A stretch of 64,000 nucleotides of DNA, taken from the NCBI GenBank assembly GCA_013265495.1, contig MU058531.1, positions 1 through 64,000 of the forward strand, given 5' to 3'. Of this stretch, positions 1 through 13,541 are shown piece after piece; the first letter of the stretch is position 1, and the number at the start of each line of letters is the position of its first letter. The stretch is from Vicugna vicugna. Lineage: Eukaryota. Both the position numbers and the translations under genes were made by a program. Below the pieces are notes generated by a model. It was not told the DNA's origin. It was given only the letters and a program-made list of their open reading frames with translations, and made no database searches.

Positions 1-430
1 AGCGTCTTGCCCGGCGCCCGCCCGCCCCGGGCCCGGCCCCCGCCCCCGGAGCGAGCGAGCGAGGGAGGGAGGGAGGGAGCGCGGGCCCGGGACCGGCGAG
101 TTCCTGGAATGCGGCGCCTGGAGGTGGCCCCCGTGGCTCTCCCGTTTCAGACCTCCGACCCCCTTGTTCCCTAACGCTCGATGTTACACGCCCCCTGGGA
201 ATACCAGCGACTCCCAACGACCCGCTCCTTCTTCCTGGTCAAGGACTCGCTTTAGGAGCTTCCGCTCCCCGCAGAATGGGAAGCAGGTGTTCCAGGTGGA
301 GGCAGCGGGGGCTCAGGGAGGTCAGGTGACTCGGTCTGCGTTGATCTACAGCTGGGCTGCGGGCCGCGGAGCTGGCGTTCAGGCTCCAGCTCTCTGGCCG
401 GGGGCCAGCGCGCTCTCGGTGCCAGGGAGG
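1..430. promoter_or_regulatory. CpG island (truncated at window edge), probable promoter of a neighbouring gene
   Basis: Very GC- and CpG-dense. GC-box-like ccgccc motifs within about 15-50, and a (GAGC)n(GAGG)n tract at about 49-80. The gene it serves cannot be identified here. Confidence 0.75.
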
Positions 431-473
431 GTGCTTAACATTCGTGTCTTGTGCAGCCCTGAGCAGTATGAGC

Positions 474-575
474 ATTAATGTCCCCATTTTACAGATGAGA
501 CAGCTGAAGCTGAGAGGTTACGTAGTTTCCCCAAGGCCACAGGGCTACTAGTGACAGGGTCCGTTGAAACATATA
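474..575 (-). mobile_element. MIR SINE fragment
   Basis: Core ccccattttacagatgagacagctgaagctgagagg...cccaaggccac. Confidence 0.75.
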
Positions 576-879
576 TTAGCATTTCTGGAAAGCCTGTATT
601 CTTCCGAGTAGGATTCTATCCCAATGAAAAAATCCCACAATCTCACACTTCCAGAGCGTGCAAAGTGTGAGGACCCAGATGGATGCACAGCCTCAGGCAT
701 TCACCAGGAGGGCAGGTGAAGAAAGAAGCAGAGCTGGGGCCGTGCATCTCCAGAAGGAGGGATGGAGATCCCAGAGGGCTCTGTAGGCAGAACTCTGTAA
801 GGGAGGGGCTTTGGGGAGCCCTTGGGCTGGAAGGGGCTCATCTGGAAACCGAGTGTGCAGGGCAGGGTAACTTTTTTTG

Positions 880-1597
880 CTCTTACTAATCAACATTTCA
901 AATCAAGACAGGAGCCTACCCTGCACTTGCAGACTGTGGGAGTGAGTGCCTCATTTGCCTCCCCCTAATCCCACCCACAGGTCCTGTCTTGATTTAAAAT
1001 TTTGATATTTTCTTTATCATGGATGTGGCAGGCTAGATAAGGCCCTGATCCAAAGACATCCATGTCCTGATCCCTAGAACCTGTGACTCCATTACCTCAC
1101 CGAGCAAAAGGGACTTTGTGGATGTGATTAAATTGAGGATGGATAGATTATACTTAGATTATCCCAGTGGGCCTTAAAAGATGGAGGCAAAGGGAAATTT
1201 GACCACAGAAGAGGAGGCGATGTCAGGAGGGAAGCAGACACTGGAGTGATGAGGCCACGACCAAAGAACGTGGGCAGCTTCTAGAAGGAGGAAGAGGCAA
1301 AGAATGCGTTCTCCCCTGGAGCCCGCAGAAGGAACCAGCCCTTCCGATACCACGATTTTAGAATCATAAAATCTCAGTTCTGACTTCTAGAACGGTGAGC
1401 GAATAAACTCATGCTGTTTTAAGCCGCTAAATTTGTGAGTCTGTTAGAGCAGCGATAGGAAACTAATGTGATAGATGTTTCTGTATTCATCTTCATTTTT
1501 AAAAATTACATAAAATATTTATCTTGATTACTGAGTTTTTTGGTGTCCCCTTAAACAATATGTCCCAGGCCAGTGAGGCTCCCTAGTCTGGGTCCTG
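880..1597 (-). mobile_element. MER96B-like hAT DNA transposon relic, split by an MLT1 insertion
   Basis: gtcctgtcttgatttaaaattttgatattt...catgga resumes after the LTR as ...atatttatcttgattactgagttttttggtgtccccttaa. Family assigned from memory of the consensus. Confidence 0.6.
1024..1470 (+). mobile_element. MaLR solo LTR (MLT1C/D-like)
   Basis: Begins tgtggcaggc, contains aaaagggactttgtggatgtgattaa and gaataaa, and ends gcagcgataggaaactaat. Confidence 0.85.
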
Positions 1598-2902
1598 GGG
1601 CTGCTGTGGGGGTGGGGGCAGAAGCCCTCCCAAGTGCTGGGAATGTGGGGAGGGGCTCAGGGTTCTCGCCTCCCAGAGTTCAGGTAAACATGAAGGTGGG
1701 AAGGGCCGGTCATGGTGCCAGGGGAACCATAAGTCAAGGAGTGCCCTGCCCTAAACCTGCTGGAAAAGCCTGAGGCTCCCATGGCCCACAGCCCCAGGGA
1801 TCTGATCAGCTCTGTCCATGTTAGGGAGAAGGCTCCAGAGGCTGAGAGGAGACACCTGCTCCAGGGGAGGTGGAGTCCTCCCAGGTAGGCCGACAGGCTG
1901 TGGTGCTGACTTGCTTTCTCCTTTTGAGCCTCGGTTCCCCCACCTGTGTGGTCATAGAATTAGACTGGCCAGTCTCTAGGGAATCCCTTCACTCCCCCCC
2001 ACCCCAGAGTCTCCAGATGGATGGAGGTCTGCAGCTGACCCTATTTAGAAGGCTCTGGACTCTGGTGGTCACTGCCTTATGAACTCTAGGTAAACCCCAG
2101 CCAGATCAACACCAAAGCCACCTTGGGGAGTCTTTTTAGCCATGGGGCCTGGGGCAGGGGACAGGGGTGGGCAAAGATAGTCATGAAGCTTTCCTCTTGG
2201 GGCAGGGCCAGGGAGCTGAGAGGCTGAGGCTCTGTCCTCCCACATGAGCACCTGGTGACAGGTGACCTCTTGAGCTTATGTGGCTCTCATTTCTGGGCTG
2301 GGTCCAGGACCTTGGGGACGACTTCCATCCTCAGTTTTGCCTCCTTTCCCCCTCCCCACAACTATTAAGGTAACACAGACCCAGAGGTTATGGTACCTGG
2401 TAACAGAGCATCCTTGGATGGGCTCACTCTGGAGACATGCTGTCCCTGCTCCCAACCCTGCTGTGTACTGTTAGGCAACTTGCTGAACCTCTCTGGGCCC
2501 CTCTGTCCCTCTCTACAATATAATTTTGATACAATAAACCCTTGTCAAGAGTAGCACACAACAAGCCTGAGAGCCCTTCATCTTTCTTCAGATTGATGTG
2601 GAGGACCAAGGCTGTCTGGAAAGAAGCTGAGAGTCAGAGGACCCAACCATGGGGCAGCCTGAGGGCTCCTGGCATCCTGTCCTCCAGAACCAGCATCCAG
2701 CACCAGGGCTCTGAGCTCCAGCAGCCCTGGGTTAGAACGCTGGCTTCCTTTGGGACCTGGACAAATGACTTGAGCCTCTCAGCTGCCCAGTCTCCTCCCC
2801 TGTAAAAGGGGCTATAGTGGGACTGATTTCATAAGGCTATTGTGAGGGTCAGCCAGCCTGCAGAGCCAGGCACTGGGACACACTGAATAAACATTAGCTG
2901 TC

Positions 2903-4436
2903 CTGTCTCCCAGACTTCAGACAATACTGTAGAACTACAGGTATCAAAACAGCATGATATTGGTACAAAAGCAGACATATGGACCAATGGAATAAAATAG
3001 AGAGCCCAGAAATGAACCCACAAGCTTTTGGTCAACTAATCTTCAACAAAGGAGGCAAGAACATACAATGAAATAAAGATAGTCTCTTCAGCAAATGGTG
3101 TTGTGAAAACTGGACAGCAGCATGTAAATCAATGAAGCTAGAACACTCCCTTACACCATACATAAAAATAAACTCAAAATAGATCAAAGACTTAAGCATA
3201 AGACAAGATACAATAAACCCCCTAAAAGAAAACATAGGCAAAACATTATCTCACATATGTCTCAAAAATGTTCTCCTAGTGCAGTCTACCCAAGCAATAG
3301 AAATAAAAGCAAGAATAAACAAATGGGACCTAATTAAACTTACAAGCTTCTGCACAGCAAAGGAAACCATAAACAAAACAAAATGACAACCTATGGAATG
3401 GGAGAAAATTTTTGCAAAAGATGAAACTGTCAAGACTTGATCTCCAGAATATATAAGCAGCTCATATGACTTAATAAGAAAAAAACAAACAGCCCAATCC
3501 AAAAATGGGCAGAAGACCTAAACAAGCAATTCTTCAAGGAAGAAATCCAAATGATCAATAGGCACATGAAAGAATGCTCAATATCACTAATTATCAGAGA
3601 AATGCAAATCAAAACTATGATGAGGTATCACCTCACACCAGTCAGAACGGCCATCATTCAAAAGGCCACAAATGACAAATGCTGGAGAGGCTGTGGAGAA
3701 AAGGGAACCCTCCTACACTGCTGGTGGGAATGCAGGTTGGTGCAGCCACTGTGGAAAACAGTATGGAGATTCCTCGAAAGACTAGGAATAGACTTACCAT
3801 ATGACCCAGTAATCCTGCTCTTGGGCATGTATCCAAAATGAACCCTACTTCAAAAAGACACCTGCACCCCAGTGTTCATAGCAGCACTATTTACAATAGC
3901 CAAAACATGGAAAGAGCCTAAATGTCCATCAACAGGTGACTGGATAAAGAAGAGGTGGTATATTTATACAATGGAATACTATTCAGCCATAAAAATGACA
4001 ACATAACGCCATTTGGCAACATGGATGTTCCTGGAGAATGTCATTTTAAGTGAAGGAAGCCAGAAAGAGAAAGAAAAATACCATATGAGATCGCTCATAT
4101 GGAATCTTAAAAAGAACATAAATACAAAATAGAAACAGACTTATAGACATAGAATACAAACTTTTGGTTGCCAAGGGAGAGGCGGGTGGGAAGGGACAGA
4201 CTGGGAGTTCGAAATTTGTAGTTACTGACAGGCATATGCAGAACAGATAAGCAGGACTATACTGGATAGCACGGGGAAATATATACAAGATCTTGTGGTA
4301 GCTCACAGCAAAAAAGAATGTGACAATGAATATATGTGTGTTCATGTATAACTGAAAAATTGTGCTCTACGCTAGAAATTGACACAACATTATAAACTGA
4401 TTATAACTCAATTTAAAAAATGTTAAAAACACACAC
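2903..4436 (+). mobile_element. 5'-truncated L1 (ORF2 C-terminus plus 3'UTR) with target-site duplication
   Basis: ORF2-like peptide ([18 protein letters not shown]...[20 protein letters not shown]) and an A-rich tail. TSD acattagctgtc (2891-2902) / acattagttgtc (4437-4448). Confidence 0.95.
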
Positions 4437-6347
4437 ACATTAGTTGTCATAGAAAGAGTGGCTACCTCGGCCCAACTTCTCCCCTTGTGCCTGAGGGTCA
4501 CTGAGACTTCACGCAGTGTCCCTGGCACATGCTCTCCCCTGGCCTCATCCTAGCAATGGCTGTGACAAGCTCTTTTCCTGCCCTGGGATCTGAGCACACA
4601 CGAAGCCAGGCAGGCCGACCCGCTGGGGCCTTCCCACCTCAGCTGCTGAGAGGGAGGCAGACTGAGTGACCCAGAAAGGTGGGTAAAAGGCAGTTGGTTG
4701 AGTGATAAGCACCCTGAGTTTCGCAGGAAGCAGTGGCGAGCTGTCCCTGTCAGTCACCCTGGCTGGCTTGCCAGGCTCTCCCAAGATAAGGCAACTGCTC
4801 CTCCGCCTCCTGTTCTCCCAGTAAACGGCCCCGGGATTCCTGGTCACCTGTCGTTGGGGCCTGTGGATGGGGGCTGTTTGCGCTGCCCCGGGGTCCAAGC
4901 TCACAGGCTCCTGCAGCACTCACTGCAGGGCAGAAGCCTTGAGGGCTGAAGAGAAAGAGGCCCAAGGGTGTGCTGAGCTGATCACTCCACCCAGAAGGGG
5001 ACAGATCTGGCCTCTGTGAGTGTGGAGATGGATGGGGTCCAAGGTCTGTGGTGGTAATTCCTCCTCCACCTGGTATGCAGACCCTCTGAGCCCATTAGAA
5101 CAGGCCAAGGGCACCAGAATCGGGCTCAAGTGCCCCTTCTGCTGGCTCAGTGAACCCCAGCCCAGATCAGCAACAGTCCTGTCTCTCCCCTTTTGGAAAG
5201 GTCCAGGCCCGCTGGCCTGGGAAAGAAAACTCTCTCTTTTTGATTCTCCCAGAAGGGTTGGGATATGGAGTAAGCAATGCTGGGAATAAGTGGTCCACTA
5301 AGATCTCAGGCTCCACCACTGCCAGCCTGGGCTGGGGCCAGTGACCTCTCATTCCTGAATCTGATTGTGCCTTGAGGGCTTCCATTTGGAGATGTCATTC
5401 CAGCCAGTAATATTTTTGTTATACATATTGAAAGATCTATTTTAGACTCACTAGAGAGTGGCTTTTTAGCATAAATCACTCTACTTTTTTGCATACAAAA
5501 GAAAATTAAACAAAATAAATTGGTTAAAATACTTCTAAAAATTCATACATTTGCAGTCTGACTTTTTGAATCACTTTTGACTTAGAGTTGTTAATGCCTA
5601 GTATTGATCCATGGAGCAGAATCAGGCCATCCCCACTCAGCCCTCTCTGGTTTCTGGTCACAGAACCCGTGAGCACAATAAAACAGTTCTTTTGTTGTTG
5701 TTCAGTTTGGGGTGGTTTGTTACACAGCAGAAGATACTGACATGTGCCTCTTTCACAAAGGACTTTGACATACTTTTGGGACCTTCTTCACCTTCTAGAG
5801 CCTTCTATCCACTTGGTCACGGGAATGACCACTGCCACAATCTAGACTCCCAATTCTTTAACATCCTCCCCTACAGTGATGTTCTTATCTAAGCCACCTC
5901 AGCTGCCCTCTTTCAGTTGACAAAAAGGTTAGATTTCTCCAGGATTTAATGGCCACCTGAGAGGGTTTGGGATGAAGAGTAAATGGAGCTTCATCTTACT
6001 GCCCCTCCAATGATCCCCTGACTTGCCCTGGGATTGTCAACAGATAAAGACACTGAGCAGAGCTGCAGGTCACAAAGTCACCATGCCAACCTTCCTGTCC
6101 ATCATAATGGACATCAAAGGAAATTCTGCCCCTCTGGAGGCAGGGGACAGGCCATACAGGTAGGGGGCCATCACCCAAGGCCAGCCATCTTTGCCTCTTT
6201 CACCCTCAGGCCAGGTACCAGGGGAGGCTCATAGTGCACCTTGGTGATAGGGCTGGAGAGGTGGAGGGCCCTGAGTGCTAGCAGGGCTGGTAGAAACTGC
6301 AGCCTGAGGTGGCTGGGGCCCATTGGGGCCGCAGGTACGACAGCTAA

Positions 6348-6595
6348 ATGGAGAGCCGGGGACCCTGGATGCCCGGCCCCGGGCTCTTCCTGTTGTTGTT
6401 GCTGCCCTTTCCATTGCTGAGTGCAGGGAGCTTCAAGCACAGTGTCCTGGACCGGAGAAATTTCCGCCAGTTTGACATTAACTTGAAAGATATTTACAAC
6501 TACTTCAGCCGAGAGTGGAGAGATCTCAAGAAGGGCAAGTCAAAGAAGTTGTATGACTGCGATGGTGCCTTTGACCTCTACTTCGTCTTGGATGC
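6348..6595 (+). CDS. ANTXRL: ANTXRL-like exon 1: signal peptide and start of vWA domain
   Basis: ATG at 6348. Translates MESRGPWMPGPGLFLLLLLPFPLLSAG (hydrophobic signal) ... CDGAFDLYFVLD. Donor GC|gtaagt at 6596, phase 2. Confidence 0.95.
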
Positions 6596-7887
6596 GTAAG
6601 TGGCCCTCCCACCTGGTCCCTGGTGCTCCTCAGGGTGCTGCTGTTGCCAAGGTCACTGATGACAGGAAGTGGTCCAAGTGGACCCCAGCCTCTGAAAGAG
6701 ATGAAGCAAGGACAGTCTCAGTCAGACCCAAGGAGCAGACCTCTGTGGCCTCCGTGCTCCCAAACAGAAAAGAAAGCCCCAGGCATTTATTTCCTGGGAC
6801 TCTTACTTCTGGAAAGGAAAAAAGTCACCATAAGATTTTTTGATGGTACTCGATTTCTCCATCAATTTGGCCTGGATCTGTCATCTGCACACCCCTTAGA
6901 TAACTGGGGTAGGGGGTGGGTGGTGGCAGCTAATTGCTAGGAGCTGCTTTCTCAGTAGTTTTGAGAAGCTCACCGTGGGTTTTGGATTTGCTTTGTATTG
7001 TTTTTCTTTTCTTTTCTTTTTTTTACCGGACCCCAGAGAGATTGCTGTGTCTTTGATTAGGCATTCTCATAGTGTCACTGCTTAGGAAGTCCTTTGCTTT
7101 GCTGGTTCTAAGTGTTTTGCTTCTTTTCCTGACAACTTGGAGACCCACATTACAGTTTGTGTGCACTTTCTGAACAGTTTGGTGTCTGGGTGTGGCCCTG
7201 GGACAGCTGGGCTGTGCATTAGGCACCATCTGGCCTTCAAAGAAGGAAAGGGAGGAGCGGGTCCCCAGGCTGGAGATTTTTGCCTTGGTTCCATTTTCAC
7301 CTCCTCCGTGGGGCTGAGAATAAACTTTACCTATTCAATAACAACAGTGGTATGACTCACAATATCACTGAAGCACTGACAGTCCCCAAAGCCCACCACA
7401 GCATGTCTGTCACCCTCCAAACAATCCTGGGAGGTAGTGCAGGGAAGGTATTTGCTTATGCAATCTCCTGGAAAGGGAAGTGGGCTCCTAGAAGTTGGAT
7501 GAGGTATAGCCCAGAAGATGGCGGGGCTTCCAGGACTGAATCCTACTGGATTCTACAAACAGGAGGAGGAGCTGAGGGTGTCCAAAAAAGGGCCCTGCAC
7601 ACCCATTTCCTGGCCCCAGGCATCAGGGAGGAGTAAGCCTCTAGGGCCAGGCCAGGCTTGTTTTAAAGCACAGCATACTCCTCAGTCCCAGAGAAATAAC
7701 ACTTTCTCCCTGGGAACTGTGTTCATTCAGTCTAGTTGTAGAGATCCTTGCTGCCCTCGAAACCATCTTGAAGAGAATTTTTGGAGGGTGAGGACAAATT
7801 CCCTCCTGATGCTCCCTGCTTCTGCTGGGGAAAGGGGAGTAAGTACCACTGAGAGCATAACCCCTGCTCTGCAGTCAGGCAGACTCC

Positions 7888-8030
7888 ACTAGTCAGCCAT
7901 GCAGCCTTGGGCGCGTCACCTCACGTCTCTGTGCCTCCGCATCCCCGTCTGTACAGTGGGGTCTTCATACCCCCTTCACCAGGTTGTGATGAGGATGCAG
8001 GGGACTTTATAGACGTTTTGACCAGCATGT
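7888..8030 (+). mobile_element. MIR SINE fragment
   Basis: ccttgggcgcgtcacctcacgtctctgtgcctccgcatccccgtctgtacagtgggg...ggttgtgatgaggat. Confidence 0.7.
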
Positions 8031-8249
8031 GTCAGCTGCAATCATGGGGAATGAGCATAAAATAAAGGGCCAGGGAAGGCAGAGTCACACACTCTGGGAA
8101 CTCCCTGGCACTGCAGGTGCCCCTGATCCAGCCCTGGCTCCCTGGCTCACTCTCTTTCCACGTGTCCTTGTGGGGAGGTGGGGTGCAGGTCAGACGCCTC
8201 TGCTGGGGGCACACCCAGTTCTCTGGATCTTACATCCATTGGTGGGCAG

Positions 8250-8820
8250 TCTTATTCATTTACCCATCCTCTTATTTGTCCACTCACAAATAATTACTGA
8301 GCAACTGCTTTATCAGCCACTTTTGGGGGAAGTAGGAATAAGTTCTTAAAACTTAAAAAAAAAAAAAGTCTTTTTCCTCTTGGAATTTTCATGGTAGGAG
8401 AGAGACAAGAAATAAATAAAAGACAAACTAGTGTATTAGATGGGGATAAATACTGGGGTGGGGGGCGGGGGGGCGGAATCAGTATAGGAGGATGGGAAAG
8501 GCTGAGGGAAGGGCTGTTCTAAAAAGGTGCTCAGGAAGGCCATGCTGACAGACTGGTGAGGGGGTGGGGGTGGGAGGTCTCAGGTGATTTTTGAGTGGAG
8601 AAGGTGTGTGATTAGATCATGTTTAAAAGGGTCCCTGTTAAAGGGCACAAGAACAGAGTCTTCCAGGAGACAAGCGAGAGGCCTGATGCAGAGATCCCGG
8701 GAGGAGACGATGGTGGTGTGGACCAGTAGGGTATGGGTGGCAATGATGAGTAGACACATTCTGGACCTATTTTCAAGTTAGAGGCTACAGGATTCCAGAC
8801 AGTGTGGGCTGGGGAAAGCC
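8250..8820 (-). mobile_element. L2 LINE fragments
   Basis: ttattcattta...aataattactgagca, a reverse-oriented L2 3' end, followed by gagacgatggtggtgtggaccag...tattttcaagttagag. Confidence 0.55.
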
Positions 8821-9019
8821 AGATGTGTGCATAGAATGCCCCAGAGGGGTAGGGTAGGAAAGCAGTTTCATCAGCGTGTCTTCCTCAGTGTGACTATATA
8901 TTATTACCCCTATTTTACAAATGAGGCAAGGAGGCAGCTGTAGGCCTAGGGATGACCCACCAAAGCCTCCACATAGAAAACACAGATCCAGAATTTAAAC
9001 TCTGGAATCTTAGTCTTTG

Positions 9020-10440
9020 TCTTCAACATTTGATTATACTGAGTCCTGGTGTGGATGTTTTTATTTTATTATATTTAGAGTTAGTTGAGATTCTTGGTAT
9101 TGTAGGATCATGTCTTTCATCTAATTTTGGAGAGTTTGGGGTGTGATTTCTTCAAATAATGTTTCTGCTCCTTTCTCTTATTTCCTCCTACGATTCATGC
9201 AATATATATGGTGGTCCTACAGGTCCCTTTGATTCTTTTTTCTTTTTGCTCCTGACACTCAGTAGTATCAATTGTCCTATCCTCAACTTTGCTGATTCCC
9301 AGTGAAATCTATCATTGAACTACTCTAATGAAGTTTTCAATTTATCATTGCCTTTTTCTTCTATAAAATTTCTTCTGGTTTTTTTTTAAGAATTTTTGTT
9401 CTTGGTGATACTAATTTTGCTCATATATCATTATCCTGATTTCCTTTATTTCTTTGTTGTTTTTTCCCCTTATTTTTCTTATCTCCAAGCATCTTTAAGA
9501 CAGATACTTTCAAGCATTTATCTAGTAAGTCTGATGCCTTGGCTTCTTCAGGAATGGCTTCCATAATTTTATTTAGTTCTTTTGAATTAACAATGATCCG
9601 CTGTTTCTTTGTATGTTTTTCAGTTTTTGTTGAAAATTAGGATTTTTTGTTACTGTAATGTGGTAACTCTAGAAAGCAGAATTCACCACAGCTTACTGGG
9701 TTGTATTTGCTTTCATCTCTTAATGTAGACATGGATCATTGCCTGTTTATTCTGAAACTTTTCCAAACTATTTTTGCAAAGAATATTCCTTGTTGTATGT
9801 GATGACTAGAGTTTCTGTTCCCTTAACTCTTATTCACTGAATGTCTTCACAGAGATTTCCTCAAATACCAGGATCTGAAACAAACATAAAACTATTACAA
9901 AATTGTAAAAAGACAGTTAGAGAGAGAGCAGCAGCCTCTTCCATTTTTGCAGAATGGTTATTTCCTGGGATATTCCTTTGACACTTAGCTGGACTAGCAC
10001 TGGGCCTAGAAACCAGCCTAAGGTGAAAGCTTGAGGTCTTCTCAAGACTTTCCTGAGCATTCTCCTGGCCTGGGCATATGTGTCAGTTTCTAAATTCACC
10101 TATACCCACAGCTGTGCCAGTCAGGGAAGGAGAGTTTTACCCAATAATTTTTAAGTAAACTCTACACTGTGCCTCTGGATCAAGGACAACATGAGACTGA
10201 GCCAGTGTTCAAGACCAAAACTGCCACCACGCCAGAGAAGGTGTGGGGGAAGTGTAATGAATTATGCAGCAAAACTCTCCTACCCTTTTGAAGATAGCTA
10301 TTTCTTGATTGCACATTGCTTTATGGTTGTAAACGTTTTATTGTTTCCTAGCACAGCTTATAATTGATTGCTCAATGTCTCTGTGGGGGAATGAGGCTTA
10401 GAGTTTCAGAATCTGCCACTTTGGTGATGTCCTCCATGCT
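9020..10440 (-). mobile_element. Ancient L1 (L1M-type) 5'/ORF1 region, antisense
   Basis: T-rich degenerate antisense L1 motifs (gtctttcatctaattttggagagttt, caattgtcctatcctcaactttgctgattc). Boundaries are approximate. Confidence 0.65.
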
Positions 10441-11324
10441 AAAAGTTTTTGTTTGCAACTTTATTTTCACATTTAGAGGGAAATGCTTGAACATACATTT
10501 TAAATCAGACACATTGCTGTTCACAACAAAAATCTTGAGGCTCCTAAACTTCTCCTCCCCACTTCTGATCTCACTTCCCAGAGGCGGCCACTTAAAAATC
10601 TTCCAGATTTTTCTTTTGGTGCTATGTGTGAGCCTGTTTCTAATGCCAACCTTGTACTGACTGCCGTTTCCTGCTTTTTGAGGTTTATACATCCTCTGCT
10701 GTGTTCTTACTATGGGGGAGGAAAATTTAGCTTCCTTGTATAGCTCAGCTCCCCCGCATGACGCTGCCATAGGTATTTCCAATCTCCAGTGTAGGTATCT
10801 CACCAGGACATTTTGGCCTCAAGCTTTAGTAGCAGTAATAACCTCAAATTCCTGATGACCCTTATCTCTCCATTCTCATTTAAAAGTCAGGCACAAAATC
10901 ATGATTGAAGCTATCTTCCAAACTACCTCCTGCCTAGGGACCTGAAGGTCCCTGTGGTATTTTCCACTATCATAAGCACTCATGTTCTTCTGCGTTCTAA
11001 AAGCTAGAACTTCACTCAAAATAATCACACACTAGAACCTTTTCCAGAGAAGGTAGGTGGGTTGAAGACTCTTTGTTTCCTGTATATCTTCTTTGGGAAA
11101 TTCTCTTCACTGAGGGAAAACGCAGAGAAGAAGAGTTGTGAGAAGGAAAGCGGAAAGTGATATTGGTAGTGAGGAAAGGAGTTGCCTTGCATTTAGGAAT
11201 AGGAGCGCCCACTAAAAAGTCTATATTTTGGGTGGGTTGACAGAGTCTCGTGCTTTGCTACCCACAAGTGTCACACACAGCAGTGTCTCCCAGATCTACC
11301 AAGTTCAGGGGTTAAATCATGGGG

Positions 11325-11500
11325 ATTCCAGCTAGATCTGGGTTCAGATCCATGGAAATTTGGGCAAAATCCTTGACCTGTGAGGGCCTCAGTTTTCTCA
11401 TCTGTAAAATGGGAGTAATGATGATATCAGTGTTCTTTTGGAACTGTAAGCCATGCATGTAATGTGTCTGGTATACACATACTCCAAGAGTGATAATTCT
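11325..11500 (+). mobile_element. MIR SINE fragment
   Basis: ctgggttcagatcc...gcctcagttttctcatctgtaaaatgggagtaatg. Confidence 0.75.
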
Positions 11501-12595
11501 AGTATTATTAGAATTACCTGTCTAGTTTACTTGCCATCTCTTGACAGTTTTAGATGCAGCCAAGGGGAGGTAGAAGGAGTGGTAGGGAGGAGAAGGATGC
11601 TCTTGGGTATACGGGAATCACACATGTAAATATGACATTCAGGATGTTTAGGGGCATAGTGATCACTGGAGGTGAAAGGAAGGTGCTCCCGGGAGTTCCT
11701 CAGACTCACATGCCATCTGAAAGACATAAGCCAACAGTCACTGGGAAAGAGCCCAGAACAGGGCACCAGCCTAGTTTCCCCACCACCACCTGCTGAGCCT
11801 TGACAAACCACTTAGCCAATGAGACCACATTTGCCCTCCATAAACTGGACTGGTGCAGACCTGCAGAGGTGTGGGACTGCAAGGACCTTTGAACCCTGGC
11901 CAGCACAGCACATAGAATTCCTCCCCCCACCCCCGCCAAGAAAGCGGCATGAGGCTCCAACCCCCACAGAGCCTCCTCAATCTCCATTCAGGCACTAAAG
12001 TCAGAGCCAATGGAGGTGAGAAGCTGAAAGCAGGCCCGGGAAGGGCCTGCAGCTTCCCCTGCTGGTCAGGGCATGCTGATTGTCCAGAACAACAGTGTCC
12101 AAGGCATACTACTGCCCTTTCTCATGAGTGTTCCCAGAAAAGACCTTCCGTGTCCACAGTGGCTCAGCTTTGCAATTTGTTAAGAAAGAAGGGGGGAAAA
12201 ATAGCCTGAATAGCACATCCTTTTCCTGCCTGAGGTCAGCGCTCTTATTGATGTGTCAAAACTGGGGGACTGGGAGAGCCAACATATCAGAATTGCTTAG
12301 CCTTTTCCAACCAATACATCCTCCCTCATTCCTTGCATATCAACCATCCTGGTTTGCCACACAAAGTCCCTCATCCCATGCCCACATGTCTGGTTGGTCA
12401 CCCTCCCCAGCACTCACACTGATGCAAGTTGCCCGCAGAGTGACCCACTGACGTTACTGAGGGAATGTGGCAGACTTCAGCTATGCGGGGTGGGAAAGAT
12501 ATGCTAAAGGGTCTGCTGGAAACTGAGGAGGCAAAAACTTTGCCCACCCAGTGGAGGTGCCTCATCCCTCTTACTCAGGTCTTCTTTGTTTTCAG

Positions 12596-12667
12596 GTCGA
12601 GCGGCGTAGGTGACAAATGGAAGGACATTTGCAAATTAGTGGAAAGTATGGTGAAGTGGTACACAAA
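12596..12667 (+). CDS. ANTXRL: ANTXRL-like exon 2 (vWA), 72 nt
   Basis: Acceptor ttgttttcag|G. Translates (A)SSGVGDKWKDICKLVESMVKWYT(N). Donor AA|gtatgt. Confidence 0.93.
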
Positions 12668-13406
12668 GTATGTCTGGCATTTTCCTCTGCCATTCAGAGT
12701 ACACAGCTCTTTAGGCCCGGTGGGCACAGGAGTCCCTGAGGTCAGAAGCACAGAGCCCAGGGTGGTGATCTGAAGCAGAAAGAATTACCAGTCACACTGG
12801 TTCCATCAGGTCCGGGCAGCTTCCTTGGCCCCTGCCTGGGAGTCAGGTCACATTGTAGAAGACATAGTCTGTCCAGAGTCATAGATTAGAAAACAGGCAA
12901 ACCAGTAACATATAACTAAACACTGGGTCAAAGGGTGCCAAGGACCAAAACAAAAGGGCAAAGGAGTTACTTGCAACTTTAAGGAAAAATCCACTATTCT
13001 TAAGGGGAAAAAAAAGCTAGTTTCCTAAAGAATGTGGAATTTTGAACTAGATCTTGAAGGATGAGGAAAGACAGGAACCATCAAGGAGACTTCTTGTACA
13101 GCAAGGGGTCTGTTTAGCTGGAGAGCAGGATTAACTCGGGGAGAACTGGAAGATGAGGCTGGATAGCACGGCTTGGGGCCAAGTCCATAGGGTTCATAAT
13201 GCCAGGCCTAGGGTCTTGGATTCCCTGTTGTGAACGATAGGGAGCTATAGATGATTTTGGGGCAGGGGTCTGACATGATCAAAGTTGGGCTTCAGGAGAA
13301 AAGTCTGATAATTATGGCTAAAATGAGTTGGAACATGAACCAGGAGAAGTGAAGAACCCAGCTAGGGACCTATAGGAGCAATTTTGCAAAAAGATAATGG
13401 GGATCT

Positions 13407-13541
13407 GGGGGGACGGAATAGCTCAGGAGTAGAGCCCATGCGTAGCATGTACGAGGTCCTGGGTTCAATCCCCAGTACCTCCATTAAATAAACAAACAAA
13501 CAAACAAACAAACCTAATTACCTCCCTCCCCCAGCCCTCCC
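13407..13541 (+). mobile_element. tRNA-derived SINE (camelid vic-1-like) with 17-bp TSD
   Basis: A-box-like tagctcaggagtag, B-box ggttcaatccc, (AAAC)n tail. TSD aaaagataatggggatc at 13389-13405 and 13542-13558. Confidence 0.9.

Noticed and set aside
2829..4345. Cluster of 60-99 aa ORFs
   Set aside because: All lie inside a truncated, disrupted L1 and are not host genes.
13407..13476. tRNA gene (also at 58610-58681, 61962-62038, 63850-63924)
   Set aside because: The tRNA-like head is followed by a SINE-specific tail, and two copies have clear TSDs. These are SINEs, not tRNA genes.
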